Shown in pieces: positions 26,516 through 35,515 of a stretch of 64,000 nt of DNA; position 1 is the stretch's first letter; every line of letters begins with the position of its first letter. The stretch is taken from the sequence record NC_061451.1; one strand, given 5' to 3'. The position numbers and the translations under genes were made by a program. Under the pieces are notes generated by a model. It was not told the DNA's origin. It saw only the letters and a program-made list of their open reading frames with translations, and did not search any database.

Positions 26516-27121
26516 ATGTTCACCAAAGCATTCTTCTTCAAAACTAACTACTCTGTATTGGCCGAAGGTGAGTTCGCGCTGCCTGTTGACTCACTGACCT
26601 CTCTCGTCAACTCGCGTATTTTCATCTGCATCACAGAAGACAACCTGCGCTTCGCACTGACCAACATCACTGTGCAGCCGATTCGCAATGGCTTCTTGCG
26701 CGTTGGCTTCGAGCCGAAGACTGACGTGAATGCAATCACTACTCCAATCATCACGCCTAAAACGATGTGGAGCGAGTATGATTTTGATGCGTGCAGTGTC
26801 GAAAACATTCCGTCATTCAATATCAGTACGCATGAAGACAAGAACAACGAACAACTGATTGCACTGTCATATGACCTTCGTATGGCTCTCATGCATTATC
26901 GTGAAGGCATGTACTGCGTGACCGACATCGTTTTGCGTCTGCATGAACACGGCATTTTCGTTGTAGATATTGATCAGAATCTCAAGGTTGCTCTCTCGCC
27001 TATCGCCGTGCTTAGCGAACGACCTACACATGCGATTAGTCTGAGCAAAGACAACGGCGTGCTGTCCCGCATTGATGACTTCGAGCTGCCTGATCTCGCT
27101 AAACTGATCGTCCTACTGTAA
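26516..27121 (+). CDS. hypothetical protein
   Basis: Co-oriented ORF; start uncertain (26492 or 26516). Confidence 0.7.
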   Translation: MFTKAFFFKTNYSVLAEGEFALPVDSLTSLVNSRIFICITEDNLRFALTNITVQPIRNGFLRVGFEPKTDVNAITTPIITPKTMWSEYDFDACSVENIPSFNISTHEDKNNEQLIALSYDLRMALMHYREGMYCVTDIVLRLHEHGIFVVDIDQNLKVALSPIAVLSERPTHAISLSKDNGVLSRIDDFELPDLAKLIVLL

Positions 27122-27133
27122 ACAAACAACTCT

Positions 27134-27163
27134 AGCCTCGCATCGTGCGGGGCTTTCTGCTTT
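27134..27163 (+). terminator. intrinsic terminator
   Basis: AGCCTCGCA-TCG-TGCGGGGCT-TTCTGCTTT. Confidence 0.65.
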
Positions 27164-27173
27164 GGAGAATACC

Positions 27174-27434
27174 ATGTATCAATATGACCGCGATGAATTG
27201 AATGACCTGCCGCTTGACGTGCTGCATGGCGAAGCTGAAAAGCGTGGCTTGCTCGCTGACCTGGAAGACGATGATGATTGTCCTGACCGTGCAGTGCTGG
27301 TGGGCATGATCATTGATGATCAGAACGAGCGCAATGCCGAAAACGAAGAGGAAGAGCAGCGCCGTCAGATGCAAGATGACGCTGACGATCACCGTCGCAT
27401 GTTAGACGAACGCGACGGCTCAGACGACTGCTAA
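27174..27434 (+). CDS. small acidic protein with HeH/Rho-N-like motif
   Basis: ELNDLPLDVLHGEAEKRGL...DRAVLVGMI; GGAG RBS. Confidence 0.7.
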   Translation: MYQYDRDELNDLPLDVLHGEAEKRGLLADLEDDDDCPDRAVLVGMIIDDQNERNAENEEEEQRRQMQDDADDHRRMLDERDGSDDC

Positions 27435-27435
27435 C

Positions 27436-27774
27436 ATGCTATACTCTGGGCAGCAATACGATACACTCAGTCCTGACCAGTTGAATGAGTGTTTCAATCT
27501 GATTGAAAGTTGCATGGTGGCCTCTGGCTGTCGTGGCTTTCAAATAGTGTTATCACCATCTGGTCATGGCGATTGTCGTAGCGTCGTCCACATTCAGCAC
27601 CCACAGTATGCAGGTCACATTGAGTTCCCCTCAGTTGACCGTGATACTTTTCGTGTGACTCTCGTCGCAACACGCGGTTGCTATGACAGCCGCACCGTGT
27701 TCGTACCAAATTCAGATACAGCCTATTCAGTGATAGGTCTGTATCTCTCAAACTTTATAGGGGCTACAAAATGA
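27436..27774 (+). CDS. hypothetical protein
   Basis: Abuts the upstream stop. Confidence 0.65.
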   Translation: MLYSGQQYDTLSPDQLNECFNLIESCMVASGCRGFQIVLSPSGHGDCRSVVHIQHPQYAGHIEFPSVDRDTFRVTLVATRGCYDSRTVFVPNSDTAYSVIGLYLSNFIGATK

Positions 27775-28115
27775 AACGCCGCATTATTCGTATCGATCAG
27801 TCAGAGTTCAACGGTGAAGCGCTTGTCTTCCCACCATCATTCAACATCACCGGCATTGACGTTGTGGTGCTTGTGACCGTGAAGCACGAAGATTTCGGTG
27901 GCTTGAAGTTTCAAGATACCTATCGTGTGAACGAACTACGTGTAAGCGAACATACAAATCCCCTGCGTCAGGAGATTGAGATCGTAGAGTACAGCAAACT
28001 GCCGAACGATGAAGCAATCTTCACACGACTACTCGACGTTGATTATTTCGACGACGACATTGCAGAGCGTGACCTGCGTCTGTACGATGCACCGACCACA
28101 ATCGTCACTGCGTAA
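27771..28115 (+). CDS. hypothetical protein
   Basis: Overlaps the upstream stop. Confidence 0.7.
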   Translation: MKRRIIRIDQSEFNGEALVFPPSFNITGIDVVVLVTVKHEDFGGLKFQDTYRVNELRVSEHTNPLRQEIEIVEYSKLPNDEAIFTRLLDVDYFDDDIAERDLRLYDAPTTIVTA

Positions 28116-28123
28116 TAATCTTT

Positions 28124-28155
28124 AGGGCTGCCATCTTGGTGGCCCTTTTTGTTTT
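28124..28155 (+). terminator. intrinsic terminator
   Basis: AGGGCTGCC-ATCTT-GGTGGCCCT-TTTTGTTTT. Confidence 0.8.
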
Positions 28156-28163
28156 CTGTAAAC
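28156..28163 (+). promoter_or_regulatory. CTGTAAAC candidate promoter box
   Basis: Immediately after a terminator and before a new gene run. Confidence 0.5.
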
Positions 28164-28198
28164 TACACGCACAATCCCAACAATGCGAGAACGCACAG

Positions 28199-28573
28199 AT
28201 GCCAAAGCGCCGCTTTTATTTGATGTTCTTTATCAGTCAGGCAGAACTCGACGCCAAGACTTTCTATCAACACAACATGCGCATCCTGACAACGATACGC
28301 CGCACACGCTGCATTTTCCTTGTGGTAAGAGAGACTGGTGAAGTCTATGTGCCAGGCAGCGCCGTGTATCAGTCTGCAATCGAAGAAGATCTAACGCAGA
28401 TGGTCTTTGACGATCTGCACAAGGCCACCGAGTCTGTGAATGCGGTTGAGTCCTTTGCTCAAGCCATCGCAGTAAACAAAAACGATAAGACAGTTCGCTA
28501 CTGCGGCCGCAATCCAGAAGTGAGTGTCGTCTTCTTTGATCGCATGTTCACGAAAGTGGAGGTTCATCTATGA
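28199..28573 (+). CDS. hypothetical protein
   Basis: Co-oriented ORF; start uncertain. Confidence 0.65.
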   Translation: MPKRRFYLMFFISQAELDAKTFYQHNMRILTTIRRTRCIFLVVRETGEVYVPGSAVYQSAIEEDLTQMVFDDLHKATESVNAVESFAQAIAVNKNDKTVRYCGRNPEVSVVFFDRMFTKVEVHL

Positions 28574-28845
28574 GTTACGATCCACCAAAGCCAACTACGT
28601 CTCTTGGCGCTTCTCTTGCTTCGCGTTGTGCTCATTCCACCAGAGAGAAAGCGAACAAGACGCGCAAGAAATACCCCGCGACAAAGACTGTGGTTGCTAC
28701 ACTGACAGCACCTATGCACGCTGCTGTGCAACGTCTCGCTAACAGTCGCGGCCTGTCTATTCAGAAGTGTCTGGTGCGTATGCTTGAAGCCGAGTTGGCG
28801 AAAGAGGGTATCACTTACGCTAAAGAACAGGACGAAGACGAATGA
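28570..28845 (+). CDS. ribbon-helix-helix DNA-binding protein
   Basis: KTVVATLTAPMHAAVQRLANSRGLSIQKCLVRML (strand-helix-GxS-helix). Confidence 0.65.
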   Translation: MSYDPPKPTTSLGASLASRCAHSTREKANKTRKKYPATKTVVATLTAPMHAAVQRLANSRGLSIQKCLVRMLEAELAKEGITYAKEQDEDE

Positions 28846-29477
28846 AACGTTTAGGTACAGTCATGGCGTTAGGTCTAAAAGACAAAGCGCCAAAGAACAC
28901 TGACCTCGACATTACGCCCGTTTCGAAAGATGCAGAATGGGGCTCTTTGAGTCCCTTTCACTTGGGGCCATGTCGAAGCGCAGATGGTATTATGTTCCAC
29001 AACTTCGAAAATCTCTGGCAGTATAGCAAGGTCTACGAAGAACATTTGGAGAACACAAACCTCATCCTCGCTGGAGAGATAAACGCTGATTGGTATCAGT
29101 GGCATCTTAAAGGTGCAAGATCAAAACAGGCGCATCGCTATCCTATGGGAAAAGGCCAGAAGGCTTTATTCTCCAAATGGGGCGACTTGCGCCTTTCGTA
29201 CATTCCCGCACGTAAACAGATTTATGTTCCAGGCTATGCCGAGCTACTTCTGCCTCAAAAGAAATTCAAACAACTCCTTAAGCAATACAAGGACGGCGCC
29301 AACATAATCGTCAGGGACTACGACACCTACGATCTGCTGAAAGCCTATCCCAATTCTAATCGCATGTGGCTTGATGCTCTCAATAACCCAAACGCCAAGT
29401 TCGGTCACAGTTTCGTGATCGCCCTTGCTCTCATACTGCACGACAGACCTCTATGGTACAATCAATGGGTGATATAA
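28842..29477 (+). CDS. NADAR-superfamily-like ADP-ribose hydrolase
   Basis: LSPF...DGIMF..FENLWQYSKV parallels the recalled T4 gp30.3 LSNF...DGIQF..LEGFLQGCKV (E-x3-Q-x2-K). Confidence 0.55.
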   Translation: MKRLGTVMALGLKDKAPKNTDLDITPVSKDAEWGSLSPFHLGPCRSADGIMFHNFENLWQYSKVYEEHLENTNLILAGEINADWYQWHLKGARSKQAHRYPMGKGQKALFSKWGDLRLSYIPARKQIYVPGYAELLLPQKKFKQLLKQYKDGANIIVRDYDTYDLLKAYPNSNRMWLDALNNPNAKFGHSFVIALALILHDRPLWYNQWVI

Positions 29478-29776
29478 TCTACGAATGGGTCCACGACCTT
29501 GAAGGTAACGAAAGTCAGAATCTGCCTATCTTGCCTCCAGACATTTATGCGTATGTGCGCGATGCCGTCACTGGCGCACGTACCCCAATCAACTTTGAAG
29601 GCCGCACCGAGTTACAGCGTCAAGACAAGAAAGTCATAGGCGTTGTCTATTGGTCTAATCGAGCTAATCTGATTTCATGGACGGGCGTCGAGCGCTTTCG
29701 TTTTACGCTGTATGTAGTACGTGCCGCACATAAGTCAAATGAGCAACATGAGGAAGCTCAAGTCTGCACTAATTAG
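29465..29776 (+). CDS. hypothetical protein
   Basis: Co-oriented ORF. Confidence 0.6.
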   Translation: MGDIIYEWVHDLEGNESQNLPILPPDIYAYVRDAVTGARTPINFEGRTELQRQDKKVIGVVYWSNRANLISWTGVERFRFTLYVVRAAHKSNEQHEEAQVCTN

Positions 29777-29818
29777 GCTGAAATAGCTATCGCGCATAAT
29801 ACGCTCCTGTGCTATACT
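29766..29818 (+). promoter_or_regulatory. early promoter, family member 3
   Basis: GCACTAATTAGGCTGAAAT-N28-TATACT with extended TG. Confidence 0.75.
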
Positions 29819-29863
29819 CATAGACGAAGCAACACATAATCTATTCACGCTAAGGAGCGTATT

Positions 29864-30295
29864 ATGACTATCAACAAGTTTGACTTTCAAACACTGACTA
29901 CTCCAGAACAATGGTCTTCCGCTGCTTGGGGTTTCTATCGTGACTTCGCAGATCGTTTGCGTGATACTATCGGCCGCGATGATCTTTACTTCGACATTGA
30001 AGTTGATGGTGGCAGCGATAGCGACCAAGTTGCCGAAGAGATGGTCGATGATGGTGTGATTCATTTACTCATCTCGTACAAAAACGAAGATGAAGATTTC
30101 ATTAACGCCAAAGGCGTCTGGCTGTTCCAAGTCACTTACCCAACAGAAAGTGATATTGACGGTGAGTGGTCTAACCGCTTCGTGGTCGATGTGCAGACCG
30201 TTGATATGGAAATCTTAGAGCTGGTGGACTTTGATAACGGCCACCCACGTTTGCTTGAAGATATTGCAGCGCGGGTTAATCACTGGTTAGTGTAA
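29864..30295 (+). CDS. acidic hypothetical protein
   Basis: AAGGAG RBS. Confidence 0.75.
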   Translation: MTINKFDFQTLTTPEQWSSAAWGFYRDFADRLRDTIGRDDLYFDIEVDGGSDSDQVAEEMVDDGVIHLLISYKNEDEDFINAKGVWLFQVTYPTESDIDGEWSNRFVVDVQTVDMEILELVDFDNGHPRLLEDIAARVNHWLV

Positions 30296-30360
30296 TTGCT
30301 TGCGGGTCTTTTACGAAGGGCCCGTCGTCAACAACACAAACCTGTTCTAAGGAGAACAAC

Positions 30361-30678
30361 ATGTCATCATTAGTTAAACTGCAATTCATCTTTCCAGAAC
30401 TGACCTCAGTTACTGTAACTGTTTCTGATTCTGACATTCCTCGCTATCTCAATATTGCAGCGGGCGCAGAAGTAACATACGAAGGCGAGACGGCGCTGGA
30501 GCGTATTACTGACGTAAACCTGCTGCGCAATCTTCTCGTGGTTGATCGTAAAATCCTAGAGATGTTGCTTGAGCGTCACAACAGCGCAAACGTTTCTAGT
30601 GAAATCGCTCACGCTGTAGACCAGATCAAGTTTGTGCCTAATCGAGGCCTAAAGTTAATCGTCAATCGTTACCGCTGA
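30361..30678 (+). CDS. hypothetical protein, tandem paralog A
   Basis: FIFPE...GETA..., similar to 30743..31060. Confidence 0.75.
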   Translation: MSSLVKLQFIFPELTSVTVTVSDSDIPRYLNIAAGAEVTYEGETALERITDVNLLRNLLVVDRKILEMLLERHNSANVSSEIAHAVDQIKFVPNRGLKLIVNRYR

Positions 30679-31102
30679 GATTTGTGAAGGGCATTTGCGA
30701 GTGCTCTTTGAAAATCCTAAACCCTAAGCTGAGGAGCTTAACATGTCATCATCTACTGAATTTCATTTCATCTTTCCAGAGTCAACCACTCTTATCGTTA
30801 CTGTGGGTAACGGCATCGTCCCTGAGTATATGGGCATCCCTGCTAATCAAGAAACCCACCTGACGGGTGAGACTGCATTCAACTTTATGCAGAACTCTAA
30901 CATCGTGGGCGTTATGAATCGTTTTGATCAGTCGCTTCTCAATCTGCTTATTGATCGCCATGAGCAGAACGAAGAAGAGGAGAGTGCGTTGCGTCAAGCA
31001 CACATGCAGAAGCACACGAAGAACTTCGGCGTGTATCTGCTGATTAAACATCACCGCTAAGATTTGTGAAGGGCATTCGTTGCTGAGTGCTCTTTGAAAA
31101 TC
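30671..31102 (+). repeat. direct repeat pair (30671-30716 and 31053-31102) with an internal hairpin
   Basis: ACCGCTRAGATTTGTGAAGGGCATT-(3/6 nt)-GAGTGCTCTTTGAAAATC in both copies. Confidence 0.9.
30743..31060 (+). CDS. hypothetical protein, tandem paralog B
   Basis: FIFPE...GETA...; GAGGAG RBS. Confidence 0.75.
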   Translation: MSSSTEFHFIFPESTTLIVTVGNGIVPEYMGIPANQETHLTGETAFNFMQNSNIVGVMNRFDQSLLNLLIDRHEQNEEEESALRQAHMQKHTKNFGVYLLIKHHR

Positions 31103-31125
31103 AACCCTGTTCTGAGGAGAACAAT

Positions 31126-31536
31126 ATGAAACATGCACAACCTGGCTCTGTATACACCCTGCGTGAAATGTTGACTGAACTGAGTCTGCGCGACACGCCG
31201 AATCTTGGCTTCACTCCTGTTTCTGTGCGCTATCCAGAAACGAAGGAGATTCGCCAGCAGACGGTTCAGGATTCGCATCTGACCGAAGAAGAAATGCTCG
31301 CTCTTCCTGGCTGGGCAGAAACGAAGTGGCGCTACATTCGTGAAACCCATGAGTGGATCCCTGTGTTCGTCGCTGTTGACAATGCAGAGATTGAAGCGCT
31401 GTGTGTTATCGAACCCTACACGGACCGCTACTTCCGTAATGAGGGTATCATGCACGTTTACCCACGCGGCGTTGAGCGTGCGCAGCATAAAGCGTATGAC
31501 CCAGAAACGCACGGCACACTGGTTAAAGTGGCCTAA
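31126..31536 (+). CDS. hypothetical protein
   Basis: GAGGAG RBS before the ATG at 31126. Confidence 0.75.
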   Translation: MKHAQPGSVYTLREMLTELSLRDTPNLGFTPVSVRYPETKEIRQQTVQDSHLTEEEMLALPGWAETKWRYIRETHEWIPVFVAVDNAEIEALCVIEPYTDRYFRNEGIMHVYPRGVERAQHKAYDPETHGTLVKVA

Positions 31537-31550
31537 GCACAAACTACCTC

Positions 31551-31575
31551 AAGCGGCTTACGGGCCGCTTTTCTT
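31551..31575 (+). terminator. intrinsic terminator
   Basis: AAGCGGC-TTACGG-GCCGCTT-TTCTT. Confidence 0.8.
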
Positions 31576-31593
31576 AAACATCAGGAGTCTATC

Positions 31594-32115
31594 ATGAAAA
31601 CCACCGACGTAGTTCATATCGCTCATCACCTCATGACCCATCTCGCATCAGCTCGTCTCATCAGTGCATTGACTTTCATCGGTCAGGACGCTGTGCGTTT
31701 CAAAGTTGGTTCGCAGACGTTTGACGTTCGTGGTCGTCACCCAAGCTTCATCGTTCATCAAGTTGAAGGTGGCTGCTTATGTGCAGACGCAGACTCTGCC
31801 GAGATCGAAGCGCAGTTGAACGGTGACCCAATATCTAGTATGCGTGATCAACTGCCTCATCCTGAGAACGTGCAATCTGCCATCATCGATCACGTCAACT
31901 CCATGCCAGACAAAGACGTGCAGAACTTTAGCGAGCATCAGGGTGGCCCAGACATGGACACGATGTTTGAGCAGCGTCTGTGGTTGAAGAACTGGTTGAT
32001 TAGTCGTTCAATCGTACTCGCCGACATGCTCGACATTGTTGCGTTTCTTGAAGGCACTGAGCGCCGTAACTCACTGGCTATGGCAATTGAACTCAACAAA
32101 GGGAAACGCGCATGA
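31594..32115 (+). CDS. hypothetical protein
   Basis: AGGAG RBS. Confidence 0.75.
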   Translation: MKTTDVVHIAHHLMTHLASARLISALTFIGQDAVRFKVGSQTFDVRGRHPSFIVHQVEGGCLCADADSAEIEAQLNGDPISSMRDQLPHPENVQSAIIDHVNSMPDKDVQNFSEHQGGPDMDTMFEQRLWLKNWLISRSIVLADMLDIVAFLEGTERRNSLAMAIELNKGKRA

Positions 32116-32612
32116 ACTTTGTACGCAGACTTAAAGCAATCGACCAGTTGCCGTTAATCACTGGTCAGTATTACAATGCGCAAGCCATGGCAGAACAATC
32201 AGCATTCGGCTCGTGTGCGTTTCATATAACTGATCGTGTGGAGCTTGACGGCATCTCGATGTATATTCGTTTCCGCGCCAATCAGCAACGTCTGTGGATG
32301 CATCCTGTTTTGATACTCGCATCAATCGACATTGAACATCAGGGCTGCGGTATCTTCACTGAACTTCTCGCAGAAGCCCAACGCGTATGTCGTGAGAACA
32401 AGTGGGTGCTGCAAATTGAGAACGTGCTTGAGCAACGCTTCCGCCGTTTCCTGTTTGATCGTTCATTCGAAACTATCGGCGTTGATAAAGATTGTGCGCA
32501 CGGTAGCATGTTCTGGTTCTTTGATGAGAAGATCAAAGAGAGCGCAACGCAGTTCCAAGCGATGGAAGAAAACATCCGAGAACGCGCCGCAGCACAGAAG
32601 GCAACAACATGA
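32112..32612 (+). CDS. GNAT-fold acetyltransferase-like protein
   Basis: LASIDIEHQGCGIFTELL acetyl-CoA-binding motif A; IENVL...F..F. Confidence 0.55.
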   Translation: MNFVRRLKAIDQLPLITGQYYNAQAMAEQSAFGSCAFHITDRVELDGISMYIRFRANQQRLWMHPVLILASIDIEHQGCGIFTELLAEAQRVCRENKWVLQIENVLEQRFRRFLFDRSFETIGVDKDCAHGSMFWFFDEKIKESATQFQAMEENIRERAAAQKATT

Positions 32613-33076
32613 ACATTCCATGGTACATGATGTTTGCCATTGGCTGTGTGCCTCTTTTCTTCTGCTATGTGACTATGCCGTGGTTTCGCGCTGCTGTCAA
32701 AAGACGGTTGCTGTTTAAACCTCGTGACTACGATTCGGTGCAGGAGATCTTAGACACAGGCATACCACCTGAGATCTCTATCGAATGCTTGCAGGCTAGC
32801 TATCGCAGCAACATGCCTGCCAAGTACGCGCAGCACATCGACTTCTATCCGCACAAGGAAGGCATCGTGTGTTGTCGCATGAAGTACGACGAGCAATTCC
32901 CAATCGCTCGCATATTTAATGGTGTACTCGTCGCAAACATCGGACTGCTTGCTCTGCCTAGCAAGAAGATGCCGCGCATCACCATTAACTATTCCACTTA
33001 TCAAGTCACGGACTTTGATAGTGATAATGAGTACCTGCACATTTATCTTCAACATAAGGAAGGCAAGCATGAATAA
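32609..33076 (+). CDS. hypothetical protein with N-terminal membrane anchor
   Basis: Hydrophobic aa 5-25. Confidence 0.65.
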   Translation: MNIPWYMMFAIGCVPLFFCYVTMPWFRAAVKRRLLFKPRDYDSVQEILDTGIPPEISIECLQASYRSNMPAKYAQHIDFYPHKEGIVCCRMKYDEQFPIARIFNGVLVANIGLLALPSKKMPRITINYSTYQVTDFDSDNEYLHIYLQHKEGKHE

Positions 33077-34121
33077 CGAATCTGCAATGATCGACGAAGA
33101 CGTTCTCGAATGGCTCGAAGACCTGACCCGTCATAAGTTGCTGGACGTGATTGGCTTAATCAACAATCTGATTTTCGTCCATCGTCCTGTTCTCGATCTG
33201 CCGACGCTCGGTACAGACGAAGATGTAGCTGCACTGTCGCACGCTGACCTGACAACGTTGTTCCGTCTGGTTGCACCTGAATGCTCTGTTGATACAAACA
33301 CGCTGAGCAATCTACAACTGCTTGGGCTTATGCTCAATCAGAAAGGCGTTGTTGTGTTCTCGCTGCCAAACAACAACAGCCCTATTCTAACTGCCCGTAC
33401 GTTCAACGTGCCTAATAAGCCGCAGCGCTTGAACCCAGCCTCTTCTAAGGGTGAGATTGCTACTGCTGTTAGCGCGTGGCTGTTCGGACTGTTCCCGCTT
33501 GAGCTGCGTTCTGATCAAAACGACATGCCGCGGGAGAACGGCCTGTACCTTGCCAAAGACGAGCATGAGCAGATTCGTTTCGGGCGTTTGTTCCGTAACG
33601 GCGCAGAAGGTGATGGCTGGACTTTCTGCGAAAGCTATTCTGATGCTACAGCTACTTACTGGCATCACAGCGATTCACCTGTGGACGACGAACTGCCTAT
33701 GAGTTTGCTGCATAGCTGGCTGCAAGTCTCCGCAACAACTTCACCAAACGAAGTGCATAACGAAAACGTCAGTGTGCTGGTAACTGACTCGCAGCGCATC
33801 TTTGCTTTCCTGCGTAGCCTGAGTCAACACGTTAAAGCTGAGCTGGTGGCCAACTTTGATGGTGTGCTTAATTCAACACATACCAGTGTTGAATCCATCG
33901 GGCGTCTGACGCGTGCTGACTGGACAGCCGCTGCCGTAGCAGTAGCAGATGATAAAGACATGAAGGACGGACTTGGCTCATGGGAAGAGCACAGCGCGTG
34001 GGATTGTTTCGTGGCTACGCTACAAAGTCTACGCTTCAATTTTGATACACGGGAATTCGACCCGATGTATGACTATGGGAAACACGACAATGAGACCGAT
34101 ATTGATCGAGGAGACGAATAA
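33069..34121 (+). CDS. acidic hypothetical protein
   Basis: 350-aa ORF; AAGG RBS. Confidence 0.7.
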   Translation: MNNESAMIDEDVLEWLEDLTRHKLLDVIGLINNLIFVHRPVLDLPTLGTDEDVAALSHADLTTLFRLVAPECSVDTNTLSNLQLLGLMLNQKGVVVFSLPNNNSPILTARTFNVPNKPQRLNPASSKGEIATAVSAWLFGLFPLELRSDQNDMPRENGLYLAKDEHEQIRFGRLFRNGAEGDGWTFCESYSDATATYWHHSDSPVDDELPMSLLHSWLQVSATTSPNEVHNENVSVLVTDSQRIFAFLRSLSQHVKAELVANFDGVLNSTHTSVESIGRLTRADWTAAAVAVADDKDMKDGLGSWEEHSAWDCFVATLQSLRFNFDTREFDPMYDYGKHDNETDIDRGDE

Positions 34122-34128
34122 ACTAAGG

Positions 34129-34308
34129 ATGGCCTACGCACTGACTGCAATATTTCTATCTTGGCTTGAGCTGAGCATTGCAGTTCGGTATCTCGACTAT
34201 ACACAGATTTTTGATGCGCTGATCATTCTGGTTAGCGGTGTGAATCTGGTGATTGCTTTTATCTCGTCACTTGATGAGGTAGACCATATCTTTTCGTGGG
34301 AAGATTAA
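34129..34308 (+). CDS. small membrane protein
   Basis: Two hydrophobic segments; AAGG upstream. Confidence 0.55.
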   Translation: MAYALTAIFLSWLELSIAVRYLDYTQIFDALIILVSGVNLVIAFISSLDEVDHIFSWED

Positions 34309-34309
34309 A

Positions 34310-34516
34310 ATGAAAGACATTGTGCTACACACAGCCCTTTTATTGACCATGATCGTTGTTAGCTTTTTGACTCTCCACTACATTCGCTTCCTGAGTCTGG
34401 GCTACTATATGCTGATCACTATGACAGCATTCGTACTGGCAGTCTATGCGTGCAAACGTCTCGCATCTGTCGTATCTAAAAATCGTTTTAACAAAGTGAG
34501 AATCAATCGTGGCTAA
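34310..34516 (+). CDS. small membrane protein
   Basis: Two hydrophobic segments and a basic C-terminus. Confidence 0.65.
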   Translation: MKDIVLHTALLLTMIVVSFLTLHYIRFLSLGYYMLITMTAFVLAVYACKRLASVVSKNRFNKVRINRG

Positions 34517-35054
34517 ATCTTTCGGTGTGTACCTGACGTTCATTCTGCGCCATCGCCCGCAAGACATTGGCCTTGCAATGGACACTCAGGGTTGGGTATC
34601 AGTTCCTGACTTGCTCGAACGTGCTCAATATAAGAAGCAGCCAATCACGTTAGAGATGTTGCGTGAAGAAGTTGCTACTGACGGTAAAGGCCGCTTCCAG
34701 TTCAACGCTGCCCACTCTCGCATTCGTTGTGTGCAGGGACATTCAGTTGAGCATGTGATTCTTAATCTAAAGCCGTACACAAATCACAATGACCCGCTGT
34801 ATCACGGAACGGCCAGCAAGAACGTTGCGTCTATTCTTGCGCAGGGAATTCTTCGCGGTAAACGTAAACACGTCCACATCGCAACCAACACCGCTACTGC
34901 TAAGCAAGTTGGTCAGCGTCACGGTGAACCTGTTGTGTTTGAGATCGACACGTATGCCATGATTACTCACGGCTATAAGTTCGAACAAGCCGAGAACGGT
35001 GTGATTCTTACCGAGCACGTCCCATCCCGATATCTAAGGTTGGTAGAGTTATGA
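34509..35054 (+). CDS. kptA: RNA 2'-phosphotransferase (Tpt1/KptA)
   Basis: LRH.P..IGL.MD.QGW; KGRF; IRCVQGHS; LYHGT; RKHVH. Confidence 0.92.
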   Translation: MAKSFGVYLTFILRHRPQDIGLAMDTQGWVSVPDLLERAQYKKQPITLEMLREEVATDGKGRFQFNAAHSRIRCVQGHSVEHVILNLKPYTNHNDPLYHGTASKNVASILAQGILRGKRKHVHIATNTATAKQVGQRHGEPVVFEIDTYAMITHGYKFEQAENGVILTEHVPSRYLRLVEL

Positions 35055-35458
35055 CTGAACAACGAATGAGTTATTGCGGTTCACGTTACATCCGTACATC
35101 TTCCGGCAAGTGGTATTTGCTTTTCGAACGAGCAGCCTGCTTGTGCATCAATCGTCATGGTACCCAGTACTGGCGAGCAGGTACGCAAGTGTGGAAGGAT
35201 GTGTCTCTCTCAACTCGCGCCACTTTGGAGAACGAGTTTATCAGTCGTACCCGCAAAGATTTCAGGGAGTCGAAGTCTGCGTACAGCAGATGGGGCAAGG
35301 TGATTCGTACACTCATTCTAGGTGCAGGCACTAACGAGCATATCCACGATTTAGCGTCGATTCTTGAGTCGCTGAGACAGACGCATATAGGGCGCAAGCA
35401 ACAGCAACTGCGCACTACATTGGATGAAATAGCTATTCAGTCAAGAACTACCCTGTGA
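35051..35458 (+). CDS. hypothetical protein
   Basis: ATGA coupling. Confidence 0.65.
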   Translation: MTEQRMSYCGSRYIRTSSGKWYLLFERAACLCINRHGTQYWRAGTQVWKDVSLSTRATLENEFISRTRKDFRESKSAYSRWGKVIRTLILGAGTNEHIHDLASILESLRQTHIGRKQQQLRTTLDEIAIQSRTTL

Positions 35459-35464
35459 TATAAT
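35412..35464 (+). promoter_or_regulatory. early promoter, family member 4
   Basis: GCACTACATTGGATGAAAT-N28-TATAAT with extended TG. Confidence 0.75.
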
Positions 35465-35515
35465 AGCAGCGAACGCTAAACAGTTTCGTTTAGCTACTTA
35501 CATGAGGATATGTAT

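Noticed and set aside
18333-27123. CTGTAAAC copies at 18333 and 27116
   Set aside because: Both coincide with Leu-TAA gene ends and are followed by terminators, so they are not counted as promoters.
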